Shown here one piece after another: positions 1 to 13,500 of a stretch of DNA of 64,000 nucleotides. A program made the translations under genes and the position numbers. Position 1 is the first letter of the stretch, and the number at the start of each line of letters is the position of its first letter. Location of the stretch: positions 151,156,001-151,220,000 of the forward strand of contig CM059431.1 in the NCBI GenBank assembly GCA_030390025.1, in the 5' to 3' direction. The stretch is from Squalus acanthias (lineage: Eukaryota). Under the pieces are notes generated by a model that worked only from the letters and a program-made list of their open reading frames with translations, did not search any database and was not told the origin of the DNA.

Positions 1-974
1 TCCCCGTGAATCTTTTCTCTGGGTCTCCTTTCCCTGTGTCTCTTTCCCTTGGGTCTCTTTTCCCGTGGGTCTGATTTCCCTAGATCTCTTTCCCCAGGAT
101 CACTTTCCCCTTGGTCTCTTACCCCTGGGTCTCTTTTTCCTCTGGGTCCCTTTCCTCTATGTCTCTGTATCCCTGGATCTCTTTCCCCTGGATCTCCTTT
201 CCTCTGGGTCTCTTTCCACTGTGACTATTTTCCCTGGGTTTCTTTCCCCTCGGTCTGTTTCCCCAGGGTATCTTTCCCCATTCTCTCTTACCCCTGGGTC
301 TCCTTTCCCCTGGATCTTTTTACCCATGGTCTCTTTCCACCGTTACTCTTTTCCACTGTGTTTCTTTGCCCTTCGTCTGTTTTTCCCGGGACTCTTTAAC
401 CCTTGGTCACATTCTCCCGATTTCTTTCTTCTGGGTCTCTTTCCTCTGGGTCTCTTTCCGCTGGGTTTCTATCCCCTGGTTATATTTATCCCTGGGTCTC
501 GTTTCACTTGGTCTCTTTCCCCTGGGTCTCTTTCCCCTAGGTCTCTTTGCCCTGGTTTCTTTCCCCTGGATCTCTGTCCCCTGGGTCCCTTTCCACTGGG
601 TCTCTTTCCCCTGTGTCTCTGTCCCCTGGGTCCTTTTTCCCCTGGGTCTCTTTCCCCTGGGTCTGTTTCACCTGGGTCCCTTTTCCCCTGGGTCTCTTTC
701 CTCTGGGACTCTTTCTACTAGGTCTCTTTTCCCCTGTCTCCCTTCCCCGGCTTTAGTTTCCACTGTGTCACTTTCCTCTGGGTTTAATTTCCCCATGGAT
801 CTCTTTCCCCAGGGTCTATTTTCCCTGGGTCTCCCTTCACCTGGGACTGTTTCCCCTGGGTCTCTATTCCCCTTTGTCACTTTTCCGCCGGGTCTCTTTT
901 CCACTGTGTCCCTTTTCCCCGGGACTATTTTCCCCTGGGTTTCTTTCCCCTGGGTCTCTTATCCCTGGGTCTCT

Positions 975-1350
975 TTCCCCCGGTTCTCTTTCCCCCGGTG
1001 TGATTTTCCCCTGGGTCTCTTTTCCAAGGGTTTCTTTTCCCAGGGTCTCACTCCCCGGGACTATTTTCCCTGGGTCTCTTTCCACTGGGTCTCTATTCCC
1101 GTGGGTCTCTTTCCCCCAGTTCTCTTTCCCCCGGTGTGATTTTCCCCTGGGTCTCTTTTCCAAGGGTTTCTTTTCCCAGGGTCTCATTCCCCGGGACTAT
1201 TTTCCCTGGGTCTCTTTCCACTGGGTCTCTATTCCCCTGGGTCTCTTTCCCCCGGTTCTCTTTACCCCGGTGTGATTTACCCCTGGGTCTCTTTTCCCAG
1301 GGTATCTTTTCCCAGGGTCTCATTCCCCGGGACTATTTTCCCTGGGTCTC
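975..1350. repeat. Near-perfect 136-bp tandem repeat (~2.7 copies) within the satellite
   Basis: Landmark GGTGTGATTT occurs at 997, 1133 and 1269, a spacing of exactly 136, with near-identical intervening sequence. Confidence 0.9.
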
Positions 1351-1699
1351 TTTCCCCTGGGTCTCTTTTTCCTGGATCTCTTTCCCTAGGGACTCGTTGC
1401 CCTGGGTCTCTTTTCCCTGGATCTATTTTGCCCTGGATCTCTTTTCCCCTGGGACTCTTTACCCCTGGGTCTCTTTTCCCTAGGTCTCTTTCCCCTGGGT
1501 CTCTTCCCCTGGGACTCTTTACCCCTGGGTCTCTTTTCCCTAGGTCTATTTGCCCTGGGTCTCTTTCCCCTGGGTCTATTTTCCACTGAGTCTCTTTCCC
1601 CCTGGGTTTCTTATCCCATTGCTCTCCTTCCCCTGGGTCTCCTACCCCTGGGTCTATTTCCCCTCGATCTCTTGTCACTGGTTCTCCTTTCCCCATGGT

Positions 1700-4600
1700 C
1701 TGTTTTCCCCTCGGTCACTTTTCTACTGGGTCTCTTTTCCCCTGGGTCTCTTTCCCCCTGGTTCTTTTGCCTGTGATTTCTCCCCTGAGTCTTTCCAGTG
1801 GGACATTTTACCTGTGACTCTTCCCCTGGCTCTCTTTCCCCCAAGGATTTTTCACCTGGGTCGCTTTTTCCCCTGGGACTTTTCCCCTGGGTCTTTTCCC
1901 CTTGGAATATTCCCCTGGGAATTTTCCCCTGGTAGTGTTCCCCTGTGTCTTTACCCCTGGGATTATTCCCCTGGGATTATTCCCTTGGGACTTTTCTCCT
2001 GGTTATCTTTTCCCCTGGGCCTCTTCTCCCCTGGTTATTTCGCATGTGCCTTGTCCCTGAGTCTTTACCCCTCTATCTTTTCCCCTGTGACCGTTACGCT
2101 GGAACTTTACCCCTCAGTCTTACCCCTGTGTCTATTCTCCTGGGTCTTTTCCCTGGGACATTTTCCCGTGTTTCCCCAGGTCCTCTTTTACCTGGTCTTC
2201 TACCCTGGGTCTCTTTTCTCTGGTACGTTCCCTGTTTCTTCTCCCCGGGGTCGTTCCACTGGGTCTTTTCCCTGAGACTTTTCCACTGACTGTCTTGTCC
2301 CCTGGGACTTTTGACTGGGTCTATTTTCCCCTTGGCCTCTCCACTCAGTCTTTTTCCCATGACTCTTCCCCTGGTTCTCTTTCCCCCTGGGATTTTACAC
2401 TTCGGTCTTTTCCCCATGGTCTGTTTTTCCTGGGTGTTTTTCATTGATTCGTTTCCCCTGTGTCTCTTTTTCCCTGGGTCTCTTTTCCCCTGGGTCCCTT
2501 TTCCACTGGGTTTAATCCCCCGGGTCTCTTTTTCTCTGGCACTATTCCCCTGGGTCTCTTTCCCCCGAGTTTATTTTCCCCTGTGTCTTTTGCCCTGGAT
2601 CTCTTTCCCCCGGATCTCTTTTTCTCTGGGTCTTATGCCCTGGGTATCTTTGTCCCTGGAAATCATTCTCACTGGTTCTGTTCCCGTGGTTCTCTTTCCC
2701 ACGGGTCTCATTTCCCCAGGGTCTCTTCCCCTGGGAGTACTCCCCTGGGATTTTTCCCCTGAGACTATACACCTGGGACAATTGCCCAATGGCACTATTT
2801 TACTGGCACTGTTATCCTGCAGCCTTTGTCCTGGGCCTATTCCCCTGTGTCTTTACCCCTGGGACTATTCCCCTGGGAATATTCCCTTGGGACGTTTCCC
2901 CTGGGTCTATTTTACCCTGGGTCTCTTTGCCCCTGGGCCTCTTTTCCACGGTGTCTCTTTTCACCTAGGTCTATTTTACCCATGGTCACTTTTCCCCTGG
3001 GTCTTTCGCGTGTGTGCCTTGTCACTGTGTCTTTCCCCCTGGGTCTTTTCCCCTGGAACCGTTACTCCGAGACTTTTCCCATGTGTCTTGCACCTGTGTA
3101 TATTCCCCTGTGTTTTTTCCCCTGGGACATGTCCCCATGGTTCCCCCGGGCCCATTTTACTTGGTATTATCCCCTGGATCTCTATTGCCCTGGTTCATTC
3201 CCCTGTGTCTTCTCCCCTGGGACCTTCACTTGGTCATTTCCCCTGCCACTTTTCCACTGGCTCTCTTGTCCCCTGTGGCTTTTCACTGGGACTATTTTCC
3301 CCTTGATCGCTTGCCTTGGTCTTTTCCAATGTGCGTCTTCCCCCTGGCTCTCTTTCCCCCGGGGGTTTTTCACTTTGGTCTTTTCCCCTGGGTCTGTTTC
3401 CCCTGGGTGTTTTCCCCTCGTTCTTTTTCACTGGGTCTCTGTCCCCCCAGTCACTTTAGCCCTCGTTCTATTCCCCTGGATCTCTTTCCCCCGGGACTCT
3501 TATTCTCTGTGTCTATTCCCCTGGGACTCTTTTCCCCGGGTCTCTATTCCTCTGGGTCTATTCCCCCGGGTCCCTTTTCCTCTGGGTCTGTTATCCACTG
3601 GGACTATTCCACCCGATCTCTTTTCCTCTGGATCTTTTACCCTGGGTTTCTATACCATTGGGTCCCTTCCCCTTGGACTTTTCTCCTGGGAGTACTCCCC
3701 TGGGAACTTTCCTCTTGGTCTATTCCCCTGGAACTTTTACACTGGCGCTATTCCCCTGAAACTTTTCCACTGGGACTAATCCTTTTGGTCTATTCCCCTG
3801 GTTCTCTTTCCTCTGGGTGTTTTCCCCTGGGCCTTTTGCTTGCGGTTTCTTTCCCCTGGGTCTCTTTTCCCCTGTGTCTATTTCCCTGGGTTTCTTTCCC
3901 CCTAGGTCTCTCCCCTGGGACTCGTTGCCCCTGAGTATCTTTCCCTCCAAGGCTCTTCCATTTGGACATCTCTCCTGGCTCTCTTTCCCCCTGGTTCTTT
4001 TGCCTGTGACTTCTCCCCTGGGTATTTCTACTGCGATTTTCCCCTGTTACTCTTCCCCTGGCGCTCTTTCCCCCTTGGATTTTGTACCTGGATATTTTCC
4101 CCTGGGTAATTTCCCCTTGGTCGCGTTTCTCCTGGGACAATTCCTCTGGGACTTTTCCCCTGTGCCTCTTCCCCTGAGTCTTTTCTCCTGGGTCTTTTCC
4201 CCTGGACTATTCCACTGGGACATTTCCCCTTGGACTTTTCCCTTTGGAATATTCCCCTGGGACTTTTCAACCGGTACTATTCCATTGGTTCTTTACCCCT
4301 GGGGCTATTCCCCTGGGACTATCGCCTTGGGACATTTTCCCATGTTCTCTTTTCCCCCGGGCCTCTTTTCCTTGGGTCTCTTTTCCACATGGTCTATTTT
4401 CCCCAGGCTTCTTTTCCACGGGGTCTCTTTTCAACTGGGCCTCTTTTCCTCTGGGTCTATTCCCCCGGGTCTCTCTCCCACGTGTTATTTTTAACCTGGG
4501 TCTATTCACCTGAGTCTCTATTCTGCGGGTCTCTTTTCCTCTGGGTCTATTCCCCTGGGTCTCTTTTCCTCTCGGTCTGTTTTCCTATGGGTCTATTCCC

Positions 4601-7600
4601 CCGTGTCTCGTTTCCTCTGGGTCTTTTGCTCTGGGATTTTTCTCTGAGACTGCTCACCTGGGACTTTTCCCCGTGAACTGTTCCAATGAGACTTTACCTC
4701 TGGCACTATTCCCCTGGGTCTTTTCCCCTGTGACTATTCCCCTGGTTCTTCTCCTCTGGGAGTTTTCCTCTGGGACTTTTCCCCTGGGACTATTCCCCTG
4801 GGACATTTGCATTCGATATATTACGCTGGGGCTCGTTTCCACTTGGCCTCTTTTCCACTGGGTCTCTTTTCCACTGGGTCTCTTTGCCCCTGGGCCTCTT
4901 TTCCCCTGATTATCTTCCCCTGTGTCGTTTGCCAGTGCATTGTCAGCAGTAATTTTCCCCTGGGTCTTTGCCCCTGTGTCTATTCCACTTGAGCTTTTCC
5001 CCGGGGAAATTTACCCTGGGTTCGCCTAGTTCTCTCTTATTTTGTCTTCTCCCCTCGGTCTCTTTTCACCTGGTACTTTCCAAGTGCCTTCTCCCCTGTG
5101 TCATTCAAGTGGGACTTTTCCCCTGTGAGTCTTCCCCTGGCTCTCTTTCCGCCTGGGATTTTTCACCTTGGTTTTTTCCCCTGGGTCTGTTTCCCCTCGG
5201 TGTTTTTCCCTGCATACTTTTCCACTGTGTCACTTTTCCCCCAGATCTCTTTTCCTCTCGGTTCATTCCCCTGGTTCTCTTTTCCCCGGGTCGCTTTTCC
5301 TCCGGGTCTATTCCCTTCGGTCTCTTTGCACCTGGGACACCTTTCCCCTCGATCTATTCCATTGGTTCTCATTCCCAAGGGTCTCTTTCCCTCTGGGTCT
5401 ATTCCCCTAGGTCTCTTTCCCGCGTGTCTCTTTTCCTCTGGTTCATTCCCATGGGCCTCTTTTCCGCTGGGTCTGTTTTCCGCTGGGTCTAATCCTCCCG
5501 GGTCTCTTTTCCTCTGGGTCTTCTACCCTGTGCTTCTATCCCACTGGGTCTCTACCCCTTGGTCTTTTCTCCTGGGACTACACCACTGGAACTTTTCATC
5601 TTGAACTAGACCCCGGGGATATTACCCCTGGCACTATTCCTCTGGTTCTTTTCCCCTGGGACTTTTCCCCTGGGTTCCTACCCCTAGGGCATTTCCCCTG
5701 GGTGTTTTCCTCTGGGTTTCTTTCCACCGGTCTCTTTTCCGCTGAGTCTTTGAACCTGTGTTTCTTTCCCCCTGGGTCTCTTCCCTTGGTCTTTTCCACT
5801 CGATCGCTTTTCCTCTGGATCTCTTCCCCTGGGTCTGCCTTCTGGTTCTCGTTGCCCCTGAATCTCTTTTCCTCCAGGCCTCTTCCATTTGGTATTCTCT
5901 GCTGATTCTCTTTTCACCTGGCTCTTTTGTCTGTGACTTCTCCCTTGGGTATTTTCACTGGGATTTTTCCCCTGTGACTCTTCACCTGGGTCTCTTTCCC
6001 CCTGGGATTTTTCAGCTGGGTATTTTCCCCTGGATATATCCCCTAGGTCGCTTTTCTCCTGGGACTATTCCCCGGGACATTTCCTCTGTGTCTCTTCCCC
6101 TGGGTCTTTACCCCTGGCCTATTCCCCATGACTATTCCCTTGGGAAATTTCCCCATGGTCTCTTTTCCCCTGGGCCTATTTTCCATGGGTCCCTTTTAGC
6201 TGGGTCCCTTTTCCCCTGGGTCTCTTTTCCCCTGGGCTTCTTTTCCACATGGTCTCTTTTTCTCTGGCCTGTTTTCCCCTGGGCCTGCTTTCCCCTGGGT
6301 CTCTTTTCCTCTGGATCTTTTGCATGTGCCTTGTCCGTAGGTCTTTTCCCCTGGGTCTTTTCCCCTGGAACCGCTACCCTGTGACATTTCCCCTGAGTAC
6401 TACCCCTGTGTCTATTCCCCTGGATCTTTTCCTATGGAACTTTTGCCGTGGTTCCCCCGGGCCTCTTATACTGTATCTTCTCCACTGGGTCTCTTTTCCC
6501 CTAGTTGTTTCCCTGTGAATTCTGCCCTGGGTCGTTCCACTGGGTCTTTTCCCCTGCTCCTTTTCCACTGGCTCTCTTTTCCCCAGGGATTTTCTCTGGG
6601 TCGCTTTTCCCCTTGGTCTCTTCCCTTGGTCTTTTCCCATGTAACTCTTTCCCTGGCTTTCTTTCGCCCTGGGATTTTACACCTGGGTCCTCTACCCCGA
6701 GTCTCTATTCCCTTGGGTCTATTCCCTCTGATCTCTTTTCCTCTGGGTTGTTTATCCTGGGTTTCTATCCCACTGGGTCTCTTCCCCTGGGACATTTCCA
6801 ATGGGACTACTCGCTTGGGACTATTCCCCTAGGACTATTCCCTTGGGACTTTACCCCTGGCACCATTCCCCTGGGTTTTTTTTTGCACTGGAACATTTTC
6901 CCCTGGGACTTTACCCTTTGGAATATTCCCCTGGGACTTTTCAACATGTACTAATCCCCTGGGTCTTTACCCCTGTGCCTATTACCCTGGAACATTAGCG
7001 TTTGGACATTTCCCCGTGTTCTCATTGCCCCGGTCCTCTTTTCCTTGGATCTCTTTTCCCCATGGTCTATTTTCCCCTGGGCTTCTTTTCCATAGGGTCT
7101 CTTTTCCCCTGGGCCTCTTTTCCTCTGGGTCTATTCCCCCGGGTCTCTCTCCCCCGTGTCATTTTTAGCCTGGGTCTATTCCCCTGAGTCTCTTCCCTAG
7201 TGTCACTTTAGCTCTTGGTCTATTACCCTGGGACTCTTTTCCTCTGGGTCTGTTTTCCTATGGGTCTATTCCCCCGTATCTCGTTTCCTCTGGGTCTTTT
7301 ACTGTTGGATTTTTCTCTGAGACTGCTCACCTGGGACATTTCCCCGGAAACTGTTCCAATGGGACTTGCCCCTGGCACTATTCCCCTGGGTCTTTTCTCC
7401 TGTGACTATTCCCCTGTGTCTTTTCCACTGGGACTTTTCCTCTTGGACTTTTCCCCTGTGACTATTCCCCTGGGTCTTTTCCACTGGGACTTTTCCTCTG
7501 GAACTTTTCCCCTGGGACTAATCCCGTGGGACTTTTCCCCTGTGACTCATCACCTGAGTCTTCATCCTGGGACTTTTCCCCTGAGCTATTCCACTGGGAC

Positions 7601-10600
7601 ATCTCCCCTGGGACTTTTCCCCTTGCAATATTCCCCTGGGACTTTTCAACAGGTACTATTCCCCTGGGTCTTTACCCCTGGGCCTATTCACCTGGGACTA
7701 AACCGTTGGGATTTTTCCCATTGGTCTCTTTTCCCCCGGGCCTCTTTTCCTTGGGTCTCTTTTCCCCTGGGTCTCTTTTCCACTGGGCTTCTTTTCCACA
7801 GGTCTTCTTTTCCACAGGGCTTCTTTTCCCCATGGCCTCTTTTCCCCTGGATCTATTCCCCTGAGTCACTTTATCGCGGGTCTCTTTTCCTCTGGTTCTA
7901 CTCCACTGGGTCTGTTTTCCTCTGGGTCTGTTTTACTATGGGTCTATTCCCCCGTGTTCCTTTCCTCTGGGTCTTTTATCTGGGATTTTTCTCTGGGACT
8001 GCTCACCTGGGACTTTTCCCCTGGAACGATTCCAATGGGACATTACCCATGGCACTATTTCCCTGCGTCTTTTCCCCTTTGATTATACCCCTGGGTCTTT
8101 TCCACTGGGACTTTTCCTCTGGGACTTTTCCCCTGGGACTATTGCCCTGGGACTTTTCCTTGGAAATATTCCGCTGGGTCTCGTTTCCACTGGGCCGCTT
8201 TTCCCTGGGTCTATTTTCCCCGAGGTCTCTTTTCCCCTGGGCCTCTTTTCAACTGGGCCTCTTTTCCCCTGATACGCTTCCCCTGTGTCATTTGCGTGTG
8301 CCTTGTCAGAAGTTATTTTCCCCTGGGTCTGTTCCCCTGTGTCTATTCCCCTGGATCTTTTCCCTCGAGGACATTTCCCCTGGGTTCGGCCAGGTCTCTT
8401 TTAATTGGTCTTCTCCCCTCGGTCTCTTTTCCTCTGGTTCCTACCCAGTGTCTTCTCCCCTGGGTCATTCCACTGGGTCTGCTCCCCTGTGAGTCTTCCC
8501 CTGGCTCTCGTTCCCCCTGGGATTTTTCACCTGGATCATTTCCTCTGAGTCTGTTTCCCCTCGGTGTTTTTCCCTGCTTCTTTTCCTCTCGGTCTCTTTG
8601 CCCCTGATCTCATTTTCACTGGATTCATTCACCTGGATCTCTTTTCCCCGGGTCGCTTTTCCTCCGGGTCTATTCCCGTGGGTCTCTTTGCACCTGGGAC
8701 ACCTTTCCCCTCGGTATATTCCCCTGGGTCTCTTTCCCAAGATTTTGTTTTGCCCTGGGTATGTTCCCCTAGGTCTCTTTCCCGCGGGACTCAGTTATTC
8801 TGGTTCTATTCCCCTGGGTCTCAATTCTGCTGGGTCTGTTTTCTGCTGGGTCTATTCCACCGGGTCTCTTTTCCTCTGGGACTTCTACCCTGTGCTTCTA
8901 TCCCAATGGATCTCTACCCCTTGGAATTTTCTCCTGGGACTACTCCACTGGAACTTTTCATCTTGAACTAATCCCAGGGGATATTTCCCCATCACTATTC
9001 CCCTGGTTCTTTTCCCCTGGATCTTTTCTCCCTGGATTATTCCCCGGGACATTTCCCCTGTGTTTCTTCCCCTGGGTCTTTACCCCTGGCCTCTTCCCCT
9101 GGGACTATTCCCTTGGGACATTTCCCCATGGTCTCTTTTCCCCTTAACTATTTCCCCTGGCTTCCTTTTCGCTTGATCACTTTTCCCCTGTTTCACTTTT
9201 CCCCTGGGCTTCTTTTTCACAGGGTCTCTTTTTCCCTGCGCCTGTTTTCCCCATGGCCTGTTTTCAACTGGGTCTCTTTTCCCATGGGTCTCTTTTCCTC
9301 TGGGTCTTTTGCGTGTGCCTTGTCCGTAGGTCCTTTCACCTGGATCTTTTCACCTGGAACCATTACCCAGTGACCTTTCCCCCGAGTCTTACCCCTGTGT
9401 CTATTCCCCTGGATCTTTTCCTATGGAACTTTCGCCGTGGTTCCCCCTGGCCTCTTTTACTTGATCTTCTCCCCTGGGTCTATTTTCCCCTAGTTCTTTC
9501 CCTGTGTCTTCTGCCCTGGGTCGTTCCACTGGGTCTTTTCCACTGGTACTTTTCCACTGGTTCTCCTTTCCCCAGGAATTTTCACTGGGTCGCTTTTCCC
9601 CTTGGTCTCTTCCCTTGGTCTTTTCCCATTAATTATTTCCCTGGCTTTCTTTCGCCCTGGGATTTTACACCTGGGTCTTCTCCCCCGAGTCTCTATTCCC
9701 TTGGGTCTATTCCCTCGGCTCTCTTTTCCTCTGGGTTGTTTATCCTGGGTTTCTATCCCACTGGGTCTCTTCCCCTGGGACATTTCCAATGGGACTACTC
9801 GCCTGGGACTATTCCCCTGGGACTATTCCCTTGGGACTTTACCCCTGGCACCTTTCCCCTGGGTTTTTTTTCCACTGGAACATGTCCCCTGGGACTTTTC
9901 CCCTTGGAATATTCCCCTGGGACTTTTCAACATGTACTGTTCCCCTGGGTCTTTACCCCTTGGCCTATTCCCCTGGAACTTTAGACTTTGGACATTTCCC
10001 CATGTTCTCATTGCCCCGGGCCTCTTTTCCTTGGATCTCTTTTCCCCATGTTCTCTTTTCCCCCTGGGCTTCTTTTCCACAGGGTCTCTTTTCCCCTGGG
10101 CCTCTTTTCCTCTGGGTCTATTCCCCCGGGTCTCTCTCCCCCGTGTCATTTTTAGCCTGGGTCTATTTCCCGTGAGTCTCTTTCCCTAGTGTCACTTTAG
10201 CTCTTGGTCTATTACCCTGGGACTCTTTTCCTCTGGGTCTGTTTTCCTATGGGTCTATTCCCCCGTATCTCGTTTCCTCTGGGTCTTTTACTCTGGGATT
10301 TTTCTCTGTGACTGCTCAACTGGGACCTTTCCCCAGAAACTGTTCCAATGGGACTTGCCGCTGGCACTATTCCCCTGGGTCTTTTCTACTGTGACTATTA
10401 CCCTGTATCTTTTCCACTGGGACTTTTCCTCTTGGACTTTTCCCCTGGGACTATTGCCCTGGGTCTTTTCCACTGGGTATTTTCCTCTGGGACTTTTACT
10501 CTGGGACTATTCCCCTGGGACTTTTCCCCTGTGACTCTTCACCTGAGTCTTCATCCTGGGACTTTTCCCCTGAGCTATTCCACTGGGACATTTCCCCTGG

Positions 10601-13500
10601 GACTTTTCCCCTTGCAATATTCCCCTGGGACTTTTCAACAGGTACTATTCCCCTGGTTCTTTACCCCTGGGCCTATTCACCTGGGACTAATCCCTTGGGA
10701 CATTTCCCCATGGTCTCTTTTCCCCATGGCCTCTTTTCCTTGGGTCTATTCCCCTGAGTCACTTTATCGCGGGTCTCTTTTCCTCTGGGTCTATTCCACT
10801 GGGTCTCTTTTCCTCGGGGTCTGTTTTACTATGGGTCTATTCCCCCGTGTTTCTTTTCCTCTGGGTCTTTTAATCTGGGATTTTTCTCTGGGACTGCTCA
10901 CCTGGGACTTTTCCCCTGGAACCGTTCCAATGGGACATTACCCCTGGCACTTTTTCCCTGTGTCTTTTTCCCCTTTGATTATAACCCTGGGTCTTTTCCA
11001 CTGGGACTTTTCCTCTGGGACTTTTCCCCTGGGACTATTGCCCTGGGACATTTCCTTGGAAATATTCCGCTGGGTCTCGTTTCCACTGGGCGGCTTTTCC
11101 CTGGGTTTAATTTCCCCGAGGTCTCTTTTCCCCTGGGCCTCTTTTCAACTGGGTCTCTTTTCCCCTGGGCCCCTTTTCCCCTGATTCGCTTCCTCTGTGT
11201 CATTTGCGTGTGCCTTGTCAGAAGTTATTTACCCCTGGTCTGTTCCCCTGTGTCTATTCCACTGGGTCTTTTCCCCGGGGACATTTCCCCTGGGTTCGGC
11301 CAGGTCTCTTTTAATTGGTCTTCTCCCCTCGGTCTCTTTTCCCCTGGTTCTTTCCCAATGTCTTCTCCCCTGTGTCATTCCAGTGGGTCTGCTCCCCTGT
11401 GAGTCTTCTCCTGGCTCTCTTTCCCCCTGGGATTTTTCACCTGGATCATTTCCTCTGGGTCTGTTTCCCCTCGGTGTTTTTCCCTGCTTCTTTTCCTCTC
11501 GGTCTCTTTGCCCCTGATCTCATTTTCACTGGTTTCATTCCCCTGGATCTCTTTTCCCCGGGTCGCTTTTCCTCCGGGTCTATTCCCGTGGGTCTCTTTG
11601 CATCTGGGAAAACTTTCGCCTCGGTTTATTCCCCTGGGTCTCTTTCCCAAGGGTCTGTTTTGCCCTGCGTATGTTCCACTAGGTCTCTTTCCCGCGGGTC
11701 ACAATTATTCTGTGTCTATTCCCCTGGGTCTCATTTCCACTGGGTCTGTTTAGTGCTGGGTCTATTCCACGGGGTCTCTTTTCCTCTGGGTCTTCTACAC
11801 TGTGCTTCTATCCCAATGGTTCTCTACCCCTTGGACTATTCTCCTGGGACTTCTTCACTGGAACTTTTCATCATGAACTACTCCCAGGGGATATTTCCCC
11901 TGGCACTATTCCCCTGGGGGTATTCCTCTCTGTTTCTTTTCACCGGTCTCTTTTCCACTGGTTCTTTGACCCCTCGCTTCTTTCCCCCTGGGTCTCTTCC
12001 CTTGGTCTTTTCCACTCGATCGCTTTTCCTCTGGATCTCTTCCCCTGGGTCTGTCTTCTGGTTCTCGTTACCCCTGAATCTCTTTTCCTCCTGTCCTCTT
12101 CCATTTGGTCTTCTCTACTGAGTCTTTTTTCACCTGGCTCTTTTGCCGGTAACTTCTCCCTTGGGTATTTCCACTGGGACTTTTCCCCTGTGACTCTTCA
12201 CCTGGCTCTCGTTCCCCCTGGAATATTTCACCTGGGTCTTTTCCCCTTGGTATTTCCCCTAGGTCGCGTTTCTCCCTGCAGTATTCCCAGGGACATTTCC
12301 CCTGTGTCTCTTCCCCTGGGTCTTTACCCCTGCCTATTCCCCTGGGACTATTCCCTTGGGACATTTCCCCATGGTCTCTTTTCCCCTTAACTATTTCCCC
12401 TGGGTCCCTTTTCGCTTGATTCCTTTACCCCTGTTTCTCTTTTCCCCATGCCTTCTTTTTCACAGGGTCTCTTTTTCCCTGCGCTTGTTTTCCCCTGGGT
12501 CTCGAATCCTCTGGGTCTTTTGCGTGTGCCTTGTCCGTAGATCCTTTACCCTGGGTCTTTTCCCCTGGAACCGTTACCCAGGGACCTTTCACCTTAGTCT
12601 TACTCCTGTGTCTATTCCCCTGGATCTTTTCCTATGGAAATTTCGCCGTGGTTCCCCCGGGCCTCTTTTACTTGATCTTCTCCCTTGGGTCTCTTTCCCC
12701 CTAGTTCTTTCCCTGTGTCTTCTGCCCTGGGTCGTTCCACTGAGTCTTTTCCACTGGCTCTCTTTTCCCCATGGATTTTCACTGGGTCGCCTTTCCCCTC
12801 CGTCTCTTCCCTTGGTCTTTTCCCATGTAACTCTTTCCCTGGCTCTCTTTCGCCCTGGGATTTTACACCTGGGTCCTCTCCCCCGGGTCTCTATCCCCTT
12901 GGATCTAGTCCTTCGGATCTCTTTTCCTCTGGGTTGTTTATCTTGGGTTTCTATCCCACTGGGTCTCTTCCCCTGGGACATTTCCAATGGGACTATGCCA
13001 CTGGGACTGTTCCCCTGGGACTTTACCCCTGGCACCATTCTTCTAGGTTTTTTCCACTGTAACATTTCCCCTGGGACTTTACCCCTGGGGCTATTCCCTC
13101 GGTCTTTACTCCTGGGACTATTCCCTCGATCTTTACTCCTGCGACTATTCCCCTGGTACTGTTCATTGGGACTTTTCCACTGGGTCTCTTTTCCCCTGGG
13201 CCTCTTTTCCCTGGTTCTCTTTTCCCCTAGGTCTCTTTTCCCTGGGCCTGATTTCCACTGGGTCTCTTTTCCCCTGGGCCTGATTTCCACTGGGTCTCTT
13301 TTCCCCAGGATCTTTCAGGTGTTCCTTGTCCCTGGGTCTTTTCCCTTGGTCTTTTCTCCTGAGGATTACCCCTGTGTCTATTCACCTGGGTCTTTTCCCT
13401 GGGATATTTCGCCGTGGTTCCCCCGCCCTCTTTTATTTGTCTTCTCCACCGAGTCTCTTTTCCCTGGTTCTTTCCCTCTGTATTGCCCCCTGTGTCGTTA
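1700..13500. repeat. Higher-order repeat domain A, ~2.9-3.3 kb unit, about 3-4 diverged copies
   Basis: Rare landmarks recur: CCTTGTCCGTAG at 6329/9318/12529, CAACATGTAC at 6942/9928, CCTTGTCAGAAGTTATT at 8301/11213 (variant near 4938), TGAACTA at ~5602/8964/11874. Domain edges are approximate. Confidence 0.85.
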
